IMG/VR virus record: IMGVR_UViG_3300037249_001405
Span: 96,001 to 160,000 of that record
Origin: a virus
Taxonomy: Duplodnaviria > Caudoviricetes
Strand: one strand, 5' to 3'
Length of the DNA stretch: 64,000 nucleotides
Numbering within the stretch: position 1 is the first letter of the stretch; each line of letters begins with the position of its first letter. The translations under genes were made by a program, and so were the position numbers. This document shows positions 29,168-37,952 of the stretch, one piece after another. The notes below the pieces were generated by a model. That model saw nothing but the letters and a program-made list of their open reading frames with translations, was not told the origin of the DNA and searched no databases.

Positions 29168-29938
29168 TTAACAAGTATAGAAGTAATAGAAACTGTCGCA
29201 GGGAAATGAGAATAGGTCATCAACCTCTGAAGGCTCTAAATTTCGTATCTTATCAAATTTCGAATCTGAATAGTCAGTTCCGGAATCACCCCACAAACAT
29301 TCATCACGCATTGTGAATACGGCATACTTAAATGATCTTAATGTTATCATTTGAATTTTCGATAAGTTCGATATATTTACCTTATCCTCTACTCCATATC
29401 CATCTGTTTTCTTCTTAAAAGTATCTTTTAAGTTATACAGTAACTTAAGAAAACTATTAAGTAACTTAAAATATTTGAGAGATTGATTTGTTATTGAATT
29501 CTCATCAATTAATTCTTTTGAAGCCCATTCCTCAATTGAATTAAGATTTTTCCAAATATCAAAACTTAAAAATCCACGTAAACAACCGAAGATTTTTACT
29601 TCTCTTGCACAACTACCAAGTATAGAATTGATAGAAGTAATTATCTCTCCTTCACCTTTTCCGTTAAAGCAAGAAGGGTATGAGCCATAATTAAAGAAAT
29701 TCTCGTCTATTTTTGATAATTTTCCACAATCAATTACAGCTTCGTTAACTAAGAAATCATTATATCTCATTAATGTATCTGGATCAATTACTAAATTATT
29801 CTCTGTTAGTAATTCATCTGTAACTCTCTGAAGAGATTCAAATGTTTTATTAATCTCCTCTGGAGTTTTTATCTTATCACTGTTATTGATAGTTTCATCA
29901 AATACTGTGATGAAATTTTTTACTTTATCTTCTGCCAT
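29168..29938 (-). CDS. Hypothetical protein (start MAEDKV)
   Basis: The track's 5' extension runs through the leader cassette, so ATG 29938 is preferred. Confidence 0.8.
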   Translation of the reverse strand: MAEDKVKNFITVFDETINNSDKIKTPEEINKTFESLQRVTDELLTENNLVIDPDTLMRYNDFLVNEAVIDCGKLSKIDENFFNYGSYPSCFNGKGEGEIITSINSILGSCAREVKIFGCLRGFLSFDIWKNLNSIEEWASKELIDENSITNQSLKYFKLLNSFLKLLYNLKDTFKKKTDGYGVEDKVNISNLSKIQMITLRSFKYAVFTMRDECLWGDSGTDYSDSKFDKIRNLEPSEVDDLFSFPCDSFYYFYTC

Positions 29939-29957
29939 AATAATTTTTCTTGTTATT

Positions 29958-30036
29958 ATTAATATCATGAAAAATAAAAAATGAGTAATAATGCTTTTAT
30001 ACATTATTACTCATCTCAATTTCTAGGTTTTTAGAC
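29958..30036 (-). promoter_or_regulatory. Leader cassette, copy 4
   Basis: CTAG-AAATT-G; ATGAGTAATAATG/CATTATTACTCAT; TTTTTATTTTTCATGATATTAAT. Confidence 0.75.
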
Positions 30037-30040
30037 TTTA

Positions 30041-30553
30041 TTATAGTTTTGTTATTGTTGCATTTTTCCAAAGATTACCCCTTTTTCTTACACCGGTTAA
30101 GATATCAATAGATCTCTTATAACGTTTATTCATACAATCATGAATTACGTATTTTCCAGTAAAAGAAGGGTTATTCGGTATATTAATAAAAACTGAATCC
30201 CCATATCTAAATGGACCTCCATTACTTTTAAGCATATCTTGTGATATCGCTATAAACTTAATAGAATCTCTATTTAGTGCTACAGTATCAATATGAGTTC
30301 CATCTGCTGTTATTAAAGGATTTCCCCAACACTGTTTGGGGTCTACTCTATAAATCGTAGCATACATTAATTTTATTGTGTTTTCATTGATGTAATGTTC
30401 TGCTAGAATTTCCTTTGGCTTTTCTTTTACCTTTCTTGATGTTATTACTGTCACTGATTCTGTTACTGACTGAATTTCTACTAAGAGATTTTTCTCATCC
30501 ACAATTGATCCTTGAAAAAATAACAAGAACAAAATTAATAAAAGTTTTCTCAT
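30041..30553 (-). CDS. 3D-domain (MltA-like) cell-wall hydrolase with signal peptide
   Basis: MRKLLLILFLL signal; ATIY, TADG, IAISQD, YGD.V, HDCM, IDIL motifs. Confidence 0.75.
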   Translation of the reverse strand: MRKLLLILFLLFFQGSIVDEKNLLVEIQSVTESVTVITSRKVKEKPKEILAEHYINENTIKLMYATIYRVDPKQCWGNPLITADGTHIDTVALNRDSIKFIAISQDMLKSNGGPFRYGDSVFINIPNNPSFTGKYVIHDCMNKRYKRSIDILTGVRKRGNLWKNATITKL

Positions 30554-30670
30554 ATTTTTAAAATTATAGGAGTAATTTTTTAAAGAGGACCCCATGCAAC
30601 CTCTAAAAATAAAGAAACACCTATAGTCTCTTTATAACGTACTATAGGTGTTTGTAACTTTTTTTAATAT

Positions 30671-31741
30671 CTAATAATTAAGCAGAACGTTTGTATCCAA
30701 AAAATCAATACTACAAGCATCCGCAATTGACTTATCTGTTGAACCATATCCATTAGCTCCACCATTTGCACCAAGAAATACAACATCACTCAGTGAATAA
30801 CGATTATTCGTAGCTGTAAATATTCTATTTATTTCTTGATGTATTAGGTTTGAGGTATAACGATGATCATTATTTGGGGTTAAAAGGAACTGGCAATATC
30901 GACTATCTGATATTGTATGTTTCATAAATGTCATAACACACATTCTCAAATAATCTATTACACAAGCCATATCTCTAGATTGGTCCGATGGTCTTTTCTC
31001 ATTCAAAGATGTACTACATACCCAACCTCTAACTATTTCATTAGGTACTAATACATAAATAACATCTGCAGTTATCTTACTCATCTTAAACAAAACTTCT
31101 TTTCTTACATAAACGTCTGTTAGATCAGAAGGGGTTCTATTAATATATGTTAATCTTCCGTTATTAAACGAGCTAAAACTACATATAATTGTATCAATGA
31201 GACTACAAAAGACTATTTTCTTTGGAATAGTCTGGATATTATTATTGGGTTTGGAATTATTTGCACCCCAACTGCCCCAACCACTACCTGTTGTTCCTGG
31301 ACTATTATTAAATGCATTAAAGGAGTTGTTATTTCCTCCCCAAGACCAACCAGCTGAATTGTTGTTATTGTTATTACCCCAACTACTATAATTATTGTTA
31401 TTGTTACTATTCCAAATTGAACTTGACGGTGGAATGTAACTATTATTCTGGTTGCTTGTAAATCCAAAACTTCCAGGATTCCAATTATTAGTTTGCTGTT
31501 GTTGTGCTGATGGTGGACCAAAAATAGATCCAGTAGAACCACTACCTGTTGCAGATGTAGGGTTACCAAACGGTAATGTTGCAGTGGGCATTTGTTGTTG
31601 CTTATTTAATTCATTTTCCTCCTCTAATTTATCATCCATTCCAGGTGATATATCTTCGAAATCAATAATATCGTCATCAGAATCATCTGTAGTATCAACT
31701 ACTGTTGTTGAGACTCCGAATTCGTCTTCGCTTCCGAGCAT
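30671..31741 (-). CDS. Inactive HAD/PNKP-phosphatase paralog with N-terminal acidic and N/G/S/W/F low-complexity region
   Basis: C-terminal half aligns by eye with the 27087 protein, but DLDGT becomes SLIDT and GD becomes GA. Confidence 0.65.
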   Translation of the reverse strand: MLGSEDEFGVSTTVVDTTDDSDDDIIDFEDISPGMDDKLEEENELNKQQQMPTATLPFGNPTSATGSGSTGSIFGPPSAQQQQTNNWNPGSFGFTSNQNNSYIPPSSSIWNSNNNNNYSSWGNNNNNNSAGWSWGGNNNSFNAFNNSPGTTGSGWGSWGANNSKPNNNIQTIPKKIVFCSLIDTIICSFSSFNNGRLTYINRTPSDLTDVYVRKEVLFKMSKITADVIYVLVPNEIVRGWVCSTSLNEKRPSDQSRDMACVIDYLRMCVMTFMKHTISDSRYCQFLLTPNNDHRYTSNLIHQEINRIFTATNNRYSLSDVVFLGANGGANGYGSTDKSIADACSIDFLDTNVLLNY

Positions 31742-32457
31742 TTTTTCCTCTTGTAATAATCGTTAATATTTCCCAATCTATACTTTGTTTTAGATTTTCC
31801 AAAAATCTTCTGACAATCACTTAAAGTTTGTGAAAAATCCTCGTTATCCAGAGATTTAAGTACTATTTCTTTTAAGAAAGTATATTGTGTAAGTCCTTTA
31901 TCTAACCAGATGTTAATTCCATCTGAAAAAACAAAGTCAACCAAATCAGAATTAACTATATCATATATAGCAACACTGATTCCCTTCTTATTATCATAAG
32001 AACTAGGTACAATATCTACTACTACTTTAAAATAAAAATAGGATGTAATTAACCTAATTCTCTCATCTGGCAAAAGACTGCTAAATTTGTCCTCCAAAGA
32101 TCCACGAATAGGTTCATCTACTTCAGGATCCCATGAAAATCCATTTCCATATTCATATTGATATCTACTTCTAATAAAATCATATGAACATTTTTGGTTA
32201 ACCAATCGTACTTCTTTGTTGAAGTCATGAGATTCCTTTATAACAAATTCATTAAAATATTTTTTAATAGATTCATGATTGAAGGGCATCTCCCCTAACT
32301 GATTAACTAATTGCTTAGCCTTTTTTATAGCATAATTTAATTCTCTCTTATATTCCTCTTCATCTAAAATAGCTTTCGGACGATTACGTCGAGTAACATA
32401 CTCATTTTCAGCACTCTGAACAGGAATAGGAACTACTGTTGTTTTGAGTTTTGGCAT
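31699..32457 (-). CDS. Hypothetical protein
   Basis: 252-aa ORF; CTAA-GTTAT-G motif upstream (~32490-32499). Confidence 0.8.
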   Translation of the reverse strand: MPKLKTTVVPIPVQSAENEYVTRRNRPKAILDEEEYKRELNYAIKKAKQLVNQLGEMPFNHESIKKYFNEFVIKESHDFNKEVRLVNQKCSYDFIRSRYQYEYGNGFSWDPEVDEPIRGSLEDKFSSLLPDERIRLITSYFYFKVVVDIVPSSYDNKKGISVAIYDIVNSDLVDFVFSDGINIWLDKGLTQYTFLKEIVLKSLDNEDFSQTLSDCQKIFGKSKTKYRLGNINDYYKRKKCSEAKTNSESQQQ

Positions 32458-32571
32458 ATAAATCTGTTTTAATTATTATTTATATTCTTCATAACTTAGA
32501 ATTTGAAGGTGTAAAATAAAAAGAGTATTGAATATATTTTTAATTTATTTCTATATTCAATACTCATCTAA

Positions 32572-33003
32572 TTAGTTAACTAAATAACATCTACCTAACT
32601 CTTCAATTGAAGTATAATAATTCTTCTTATCTGCTTCGTTAAGATCAACTTTATCCTCTGGAATTCGAGCATTTTTTGAATGTATATACTTCAAAAATGA
32701 TGCTTCAACAAAATCAATTCCTGGTGTATTTGTTAATACGTAAATACACTTTCCATAACCTCCCATAGTAATTTTAAAGAGCATGTATGGAATAATGCTT
32801 GCTGCAGAAACATTATTCTTAGTAGTTAAATCCAACACTTCAACTGGTCCAATACAGTCCTTCTTCTTAATTGTACCATGAGTTGGTGAAATGTTATAAT
32901 TAATGTTCAAAGATGAATCACTTAACGCATACACCTTTGATACAATAGGCTTCTCGTCAGCTGAGTTATTAGCCCTTTCGCAAGTTAATTTAAATAGTTT
33001 CAT
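32572..33003 (-). CDS. Hypothetical protein
   Basis: 143-aa ORF with promoter motif upstream and hairpin downstream. Confidence 0.75.
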   Translation of the reverse strand: MKLFKLTCERANNSADEKPIVSKVYALSDSSLNINYNISPTHGTIKKKDCIGPVEVLDLTTKNNVSAASIIPYMLFKITMGGYGKCIYVLTNTPGIDFVEASFLKYIHSKNARIPEDKVDLNEADKKNYYTSIEELGRCYLVN

Positions 33004-33103
33004 TTTATTGTGTTTTTAATTAATATTTAACGTAGATAAGATTTTTAGTGCGTATAAAATCCTAAACTCTTATTACTGATTAACTAAAATATATAAAAAT
33101 ATC

Positions 33104-33316
33104 ATGAATAAACTAATTCAATTCTTGTTTGCAATAGTAAAAACAATACAACTTTTATTTGTATTGTTACTTACCTCCATATTGTATCTCATTTGCTTAA
33201 ATAATGCAGATTTTAATCAACGATGGCAATTTGAGTCTTGTAATTTTTCGGATTTATATCCAGAAGGTGATAAAAACATCCTTGAAACTATAAAAAAATT
33301 TTGGAGGTTTCAATAA
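33104..33316 (+). CDS. Small membrane protein
   Basis: Hydrophobic N-terminus; CTTA-TTACT-G motif at ~33068-33078. Confidence 0.6.
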   Translation: MNKLIQFLFAIVKTIQLLFVLLLTSILYLICLNNADFNQRWQFESCNFSDLYPEGDKNILETIKKFWRFQ

Positions 33317-33317
33317 G

Positions 33318-33382
33318 CTCAAATCCTTGATATTGAGAGAGTAATAATGTATAAAAGCATTGTTACTCTCTATATTTTCTTT
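33318..33382 (+). promoter_or_regulatory. Leader cassette, copy 5 (U-box degenerate)
   Basis: CTTG-ATATT-G; GAGAGTAATAATG-TATAAAAG-CATTGTTACTCTC, nearly identical to copy 4. Confidence 0.65.
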
Positions 33383-33437
33383 GCTAACAAAACACAATTA
33401 ATTAACAATTTTTAATTTTTTAAAAAACTATAAAAAA

Positions 33438-33866
33438 ATGGCAACACCAAAAAACACAGCTGCTGAAGAAGCAGCAAAGAAGGCAGCAGTAGAGGCAGCT
33501 GCCGCAGCAGCAGCAACAACACAAGCACAAAACGCAGCAGCTTCCACAGCAGCTCCAGTAGCAGTAGCAACAACCACACCCGCTACCCCTGCAGCTCCTG
33601 CAGAACCAGCTAAGAAGGCCCCGTTCTACAAACGACCTGGCTTTTGGCTCGGAGTCACTGGCGTAGTAGCCATCGCAACCGCTTTTGGTGCTGGTTACAA
33701 GCGCGGCGTAAAAGCTGGCCGCGAGGCAGCCAACGCAGAGGAGGAGGAAGACAAGATCGCCAGCGCAATTGGCGCAGGCATCGCCTGCGCCAATGACCAC
33801 AACAGTGGTAATGGTGGCAACTCCAACTCTGGCATCAACAGCCGTGACAACAACCGTCGCGGTTAA
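33438..33866 (+). CDS. Ala/Pro-rich single-pass membrane protein
   Basis: Ala-rich N-terminus, TM FWLGVTGVVAIATAFGAGY; strongly biased C-rich codons. Confidence 0.75.
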   Translation: MATPKNTAAEEAAKKAAVEAAAAAAATTQAQNAAASTAAPVAVATTTPATPAAPAEPAKKAPFYKRPGFWLGVTGVVAIATAFGAGYKRGVKAGREAANAEEEEDKIASAIGAGIACANDHNSGNGGNSNSGINSRDNNRRG

Positions 33867-33892
33867 CACAACAACAACATTTAACCTCTAAG

Positions 33893-33934
33893 AAAAAAAA
33901 TCAGATACTATTAAAAAGTATCTGATTTTTTTTA
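33893..33934. terminator. Bidirectional terminator
   Basis: AAAAAAAATCAGATACT/AGTATCTGATTTTTTTT. Confidence 0.8.
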
Positions 33935-33944
33935 TTTCCTAAAA

Positions 33945-34565
33945 TTAGCTCAATTTAGTCCAATCATCTTCAACAAGCTGATCGGAATATTTCTTAATTA
34001 GCTCCTTTTGAGCATCTTTAGGATTCTTTTGTAATATGCAGTAAACGGCTGCATATTCATCCTTATTTTCAACTGGATCTATGATCTTAATATCAAATTT
34101 ACATGTACCAGTTTGAGGGTTGATGCTCAAATACTGATCATAATTCTTTATTAAGATAAATCTGCGATTGGCTTGTAACGCTGCTGTAGATTCCTTTTTC
34201 AAATTCTCAAAGGAATAACCTTCAAGTGGAATAAATTCTGAATGAGCCATCATGTACCCAACCGCTGTAGATTGAAAATCCTGCAAGAAAGTTAGTAACA
34301 CGTTCGCAACTTCTTGGCACATAGCCTGAAGATTTTCCTCAGAATATCTATCACCATAGGATAATTTAACCTCGATAAAATCATTACTACCGAGCATTGG
34401 TGAAGATGCTATAGGAAAATCCTCTACAGTTAATGTCGGATTATCAATTTTAGATAAAACTTTCGTCTTAGCTAAATTAATGAAATTCTTTTTAAATTTT
34501 TCAAATATTGAATTTCTCTTAAGATACATGGATATTACTCCATTTTTTACCGCAATTGTTATCAT
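33945..34565 (-). CDS. Hypothetical protein
   Basis: 206-aa ORF; CTTA-AACTT-G upstream. Confidence 0.8.
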   Translation of the reverse strand: MITIAVKNGVISMYLKRNSIFEKFKKNFINLAKTKVLSKIDNPTLTVEDFPIASSPMLGSNDFIEVKLSYGDRYSEENLQAMCQEVANVLLTFLQDFQSTAVGYMMAHSEFIPLEGYSFENLKKESTAALQANRRFILIKNYDQYLSINPQTGTCKFDIKIIDPVENKDEYAAVYCILQKNPKDAQKELIKKYSDQLVEDDWTKLS

Positions 34566-34689
34566 AGTTTATAAGTAATTATTGATTCTTTTTATATAAA
34601 AATATAATCCTTTATTTTTCAAGTTTAAGATTTTTGGGGGTATTTAATTCCTTAAATGTGCACTGAAAATAATTAAATAACAGAAAATT

Positions 34690-35190
34690 ATGTCTTTATA
34701 TCTAATTAGAACATTTGGAAGAAGCGCTAAGAAAACAGCATTAAAAGTTGGCTATACTAGCGATTTAAAAAATAGAATTGATTCTTATAAATACCACAAC
34801 CCATTCTCAGAATTGATTTCTACAAGAGAGGGTAGTAATTTAGATGAAGTAAGGGTTCATTCATACCTTAATTCATTAGGCTATAAGTTAGATGTACTTA
34901 ATGAATGGTTTAAAGATGTTGATGATGTCATTCAACTATTTCACAAGCCTTTTGAAACAATGAATGGTGTAATTTGGAGAAATAGAGATAACTTATTCAC
35001 TATAAACGATTTTAAAAGTGAGAATATAATGAATAAGTTATATGAAGAGTTGAAATTAATACAGAATCCGGTTGAGGGTTGGAAAGATATTTTTCATTTT
35101 CCAAAATCAAAAGTGGATAAAGATTGGAGTTTAATTCAATTCAATCGTTGTGTTAGAAATTTTAAACTAACAGACGAAATTGATTTATAA
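34690..35190 (+). CDS. T5orf172/GIY-YIG-like nuclease domain protein
   Basis: LYLI...LKVGYT.DL.NR...Y...NP...E..VH......NEWF. Confidence 0.75.
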   Translation: MSLYLIRTFGRSAKKTALKVGYTSDLKNRIDSYKYHNPFSELISTREGSNLDEVRVHSYLNSLGYKLDVLNEWFKDVDDVIQLFHKPFETMNGVIWRNRDNLFTINDFKSENIMNKLYEELKLIQNPVEGWKDIFHFPKSKVDKDWSLIQFNRCVRNFKLTDEIDL

Positions 35191-35191
35191 G

Positions 35192-35238
35192 AAAAAAAAA
35201 AAATACACATTGACGTAAAAAATCAATGTGTATTTTTT
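35192..35238. terminator. Bidirectional terminator
   Basis: AAAAAATACACATTGA/TCAATGTGTATTTTTT. Confidence 0.75.
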
Positions 35239-35244
35239 GTTGCA

Positions 35245-35961
35245 TTAAAAACCTGCATTTTTCAATGCAACAAACAGAGGATTACTTTCATGTTTAATTC
35301 TCTGTTCTTCTTTTTGCTTCTTCTTTTCTGATTCTTTAAAGCAAAAAGACCAAACATCTTTCTTCTTTTTAAGAAAGAATAATATTACTTCTTCAGTAAT
35401 ATTCCCTTTATGACCATAACAGTCATCCCAGATTTCTCTATGCTGTTTTTGCAGCCATAGTAAATCTGAGCAAACTTTCAGTATGTTCTGAAAGGGACTC
35501 CATACCCTCGAAAGCTCTCTCAAGGATATTTCTGATTGGCAATATCTCCAACCTTTTGAATCAGGTTCAGATGGAGATAATGCTTTACACATGGTCGGTC
35601 TATCCTCCCAAGAGAGAAGACAACCTGTGTCTGTCCAATGACAACAACTCTTATCGCCAGGTGCTGGTAATATTACTTTATTACAACACCAGTCATGGTC
35701 GGCTAACTCTTCTTCTGAGAGTGGATCATACTCTCCAAAGAAGTTGTAACTGCTCGGTTTTCCAATACCTTCAAGTATTCGGTATTTAGTTTCCATGCAG
35801 TTTGGAAATAACGCAGCCAAAATTTTTGCGTTATTTTCATCTTGGCCCTCTTTCAAGCCAAGCTGCTCAGGGAAATAAGCCCCGGGCATACGGAGGCAAC
35901 ATTCACCCCCACAACGAGCACAAATACTCTTGCACTCATTGTTTTTAATTTCTTTTGCCAT
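35245..35961 (-). CDS. YkgJ-family Cys-cluster (CxxCxxxCC) protein
   Basis: CARCGGECC ... C.HW...GC.L....RP.MC. Confidence 0.8.
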   Translation of the reverse strand: MAKEIKNNECKSICARCGGECCLRMPGAYFPEQLGLKEGQDENNAKILAALFPNCMETKYRILEGIGKPSSYNFFGEYDPLSEEELADHDWCCNKVILPAPGDKSCCHWTDTGCLLSWEDRPTMCKALSPSEPDSKGWRYCQSEISLRELSRVWSPFQNILKVCSDLLWLQKQHREIWDDCYGHKGNITEEVILFFLKKKKDVWSFCFKESEKKKQKEEQRIKHESNPLFVALKNAGF

Positions 35962-35981
35962 AATATATTTTTTATATTATT

Positions 35982-36054
35982 GTTAATGATTTGAAAAATA
36001 AAAAAGAAGATAGCAAAGCACGCTTATCTTCTTCAATAATAAGGGTTTAAAGGA
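35982..36054 (-). promoter_or_regulatory. Leader cassette, copy 6
   Basis: CTTA-TTATT-G; AAGAAGATA(A)GC/GCTATCTTCTT; TTTTATTTTTCAAATCATTAAC. Confidence 0.7.
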
Positions 36055-36072
36055 AAAAGGAATGGGAGGAAG

Positions 36073-36109
36073 AAAAAAAAATCGTAACCTTTTGGGTTAC
36101 GATTTTTTT
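36073..36109. terminator. Terminator
   Basis: AAAAAAATCGTAACC/GGTTACGATTTTTTT. Confidence 0.8.
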
Positions 36110-36138
36110 AATTAGAGTTGTGTGTGTGTCGTTGCGAA

Positions 36139-36549
36139 TTAGAAGCGCTTTACGTAGCGCCTTACCGACTTCTTTTGCAACTTAAGACCCGAGATCTCTG
36201 ACTTGAGATCTTCGATCTTAGAGTCGATGTCTGCGTTTTCAGCTTCTGCGGCAGCAGCCTCAGCCTTGGCTTCTGCCTCTGCCTTGGCTTCGCTCTCCTC
36301 CTTGTCGGCCTCGTAGAGGTCAACAAGAGATTTGCCGAAGTCAGCGAAGTTGTTGAGAATTGGCCTCAGAGGGATCTGGGCTACCAACTTACCCTCGGAA
36401 GAGTAAGTCTTGATGTTGCCCTTTCCGTCTGCAGTTACGCTGCCGTCGAAGATTACGTACTCGTTCTCGTCTGCACATACATCGTTGCCGCATGCTGCGA
36501 CAACGTTCTTGAACGCGTCAATCGCGTTCTTAATCAATTCAGTATTCAT
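36139..36549 (-). CDS. Hypothetical protein with Ala/Glu-rich coiled coil, probably highly expressed
   Basis: 136 aa; C-ending codon bias; two tandem promoter repeats upstream. Confidence 0.8.
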   Translation of the reverse strand: MNTELIKNAIDAFKNVVAACGNDVCADENEYVIFDGSVTADGKGNIKTYSSEGKLVAQIPLRPILNNFADFGKSLVDLYEADKEESEAKAEAEAKAEAAAAEAENADIDSKIEDLKSEISGLKLQKKSVRRYVKRF

Positions 36550-36587
36550 AATTGTAGTTTTTTATGGTTTGTATTTATTTTATTTGT

Positions 36588-36735
36588 GTTCATATATAAG
36601 GGTATCAGGCATTTATGGACGTATTTTTCATATATCCAAAATATGGCCATTTTTACCCTTATTTTTGTTTTTTTTTATATATATTTTCGTTCATATATAA
36701 GGCTATTAAGCATCTATAGGTGTAATTTTCATATA
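36588..36735 (-). repeat. Two imperfect 47-bp direct repeats (36588-36634, 36689-36735), each containing the promoter motif
   Basis: TATATGAAAA-N-CC(T/A)TA.ATGC.T.ATA.C-CTTA-TATAT-GAAC twice, 101 bp apart. Confidence 0.7.
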
Positions 36736-36754
36736 CTTATAGATGCTTAATATT

Positions 36755-37150
36755 TTAACCCATTTTTATGATTAATTTATCTAAATCAGCAATAGGTAAA
36801 ATTACTACCGTATCTGAATTTTTATCTATTCTAATAGATTCAGAAAAGTTAGATCTGTAAATAAACAATTGATCTGTGGATTCTTTTACATAAAATCTAA
36901 CTAGATAAGGAACACATTCGGGACTATTATCGTCATCTCGAATAATATAATCGTCTATAAAAACATTGGGAGTATTATAAATATTCTTATCATAAGAAAC
37001 TATAATACGACCCTCATCATCTGAATCTAAATTTATTCCAAATTTATCAGATAAATAATGTAAATCTACAATATTACTATGACAATTAGCAAATTTACAC
37101 GGGCCGAGGAATTCCATTTTAGGCCCCTCTACCCAGTCTCTTTTTATCAT
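36755..37150 (-). CDS. Hypothetical protein
   Basis: 131-aa ORF. Confidence 0.75.
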   Translation of the reverse strand: MIKRDWVEGPKMEFLGPCKFANCHSNIVDLHYLSDKFGINLDSDDEGRIIVSYDKNIYNTPNVFIDDYIIRDDDNSPECVPYLVRFYVKESTDQLFIYRSNFSESIRIDKNSDTVVILPIADLDKLIIKMG

Positions 37151-37224
37151 TTCTTTTCTTTATTACAGCCGATTATTAGAATAGTAATCGCTATTATAGC
37201 GGCAATAAATAGTACTACAATCAT
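37147..37224 (-). CDS. 25-aa hydrophobic peptide, not in ORF track
   Basis: MIVVLFIAAIIAITILIIGCNKEKK; ATGA overlaps with both neighbours. Confidence 0.6.
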   Translation of the reverse strand: MIVVLFIAAIIAITILIIGCNKEKK

Positions 37225-37946
37225 TTTAACGATACTTTGAATTCACCATTAGAATAATCAATAGTTACTTCATTCACTCTAGAACTATCGAAAGGATTTT
37301 CGTATCCTAGAATCTTTTCTACGAATTTATATATATCAGTGGAATATACTATAGATGTGCTTAGAAGCTTTTCCAAGTGAGAACTTATATTCTTTATACG
37401 TTCTTCCTTGGTTACGTTAGGCTCTGGGCATAAATAATTATCACTGTAATAAACCGATTTATTTAAGTCAGTTAAATAATTTCGTCTCTCAAATAATTTA
37501 TGATTATCTAACAGTTCCACGGGATGTTTATTATCCCCATCACAAATTAATACCTCAACCTTAGAACAGTTGGTTTTTACTTTTGTAATAGAGATACTCA
37601 TAGTAACATTACCTCTTGTTGAGTCGAATGTTATTATTTCAGTACGATCAGTTGATTTTGCCCCTAGTTTACTTTTTTTGAACTTAACCTTGTGATCTAT
37701 AGATCTGGTAAGCAACTCATCTGTATTTAACCCGCCTAATTTATTTATTGTATTCAATAAACGTTTAGCGTTAAATCTAGCTCCATCAGCTTCTGTATAC
37801 CAGGAAACATTTATAAGAAAATAATCTAATATATCCTTACAAATGTCAAAATCATCTTTATCCTGTTTATGCTCGGATCTTAATGATTCAATGTCTTGTC
37901 GTGCTTTGTAAACACTATCAGTTGCTATTATTGTTATTTTGCTCAT
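37221..37946 (-). CDS. Hypothetical protein
   Basis: 241-aa ORF in operon. Confidence 0.8.
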   Translation of the reverse strand: MSKITIIATDSVYKARQDIESLRSEHKQDKDDFDICKDILDYFLINVSWYTEADGARFNAKRLLNTINKLGGLNTDELLTRSIDHKVKFKKSKLGAKSTDRTEIITFDSTRGNVTMSISITKVKTNCSKVEVLICDGDNKHPVELLDNHKLFERRNYLTDLNKSVYYSDNYLCPEPNVTKEERIKNISSHLEKLLSTSIVYSTDIYKFVEKILGYENPFDSSRVNEVTIDYSNGEFKVSLK

Positions 37947-37952
37947 GATTAT

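Noticed and set aside
33420-33869. Cys-rich minus-strand ORF
   Set aside because: Antisense shadow of GCA/GCT repeats in the Ala-rich plus-strand gene, which has promoter and terminator support
34690-35190. Intron-encoded homing endonuclease
   Set aside because: Free-standing gene with its own promoter motif and terminator; no interrupted host gene or intron core visible
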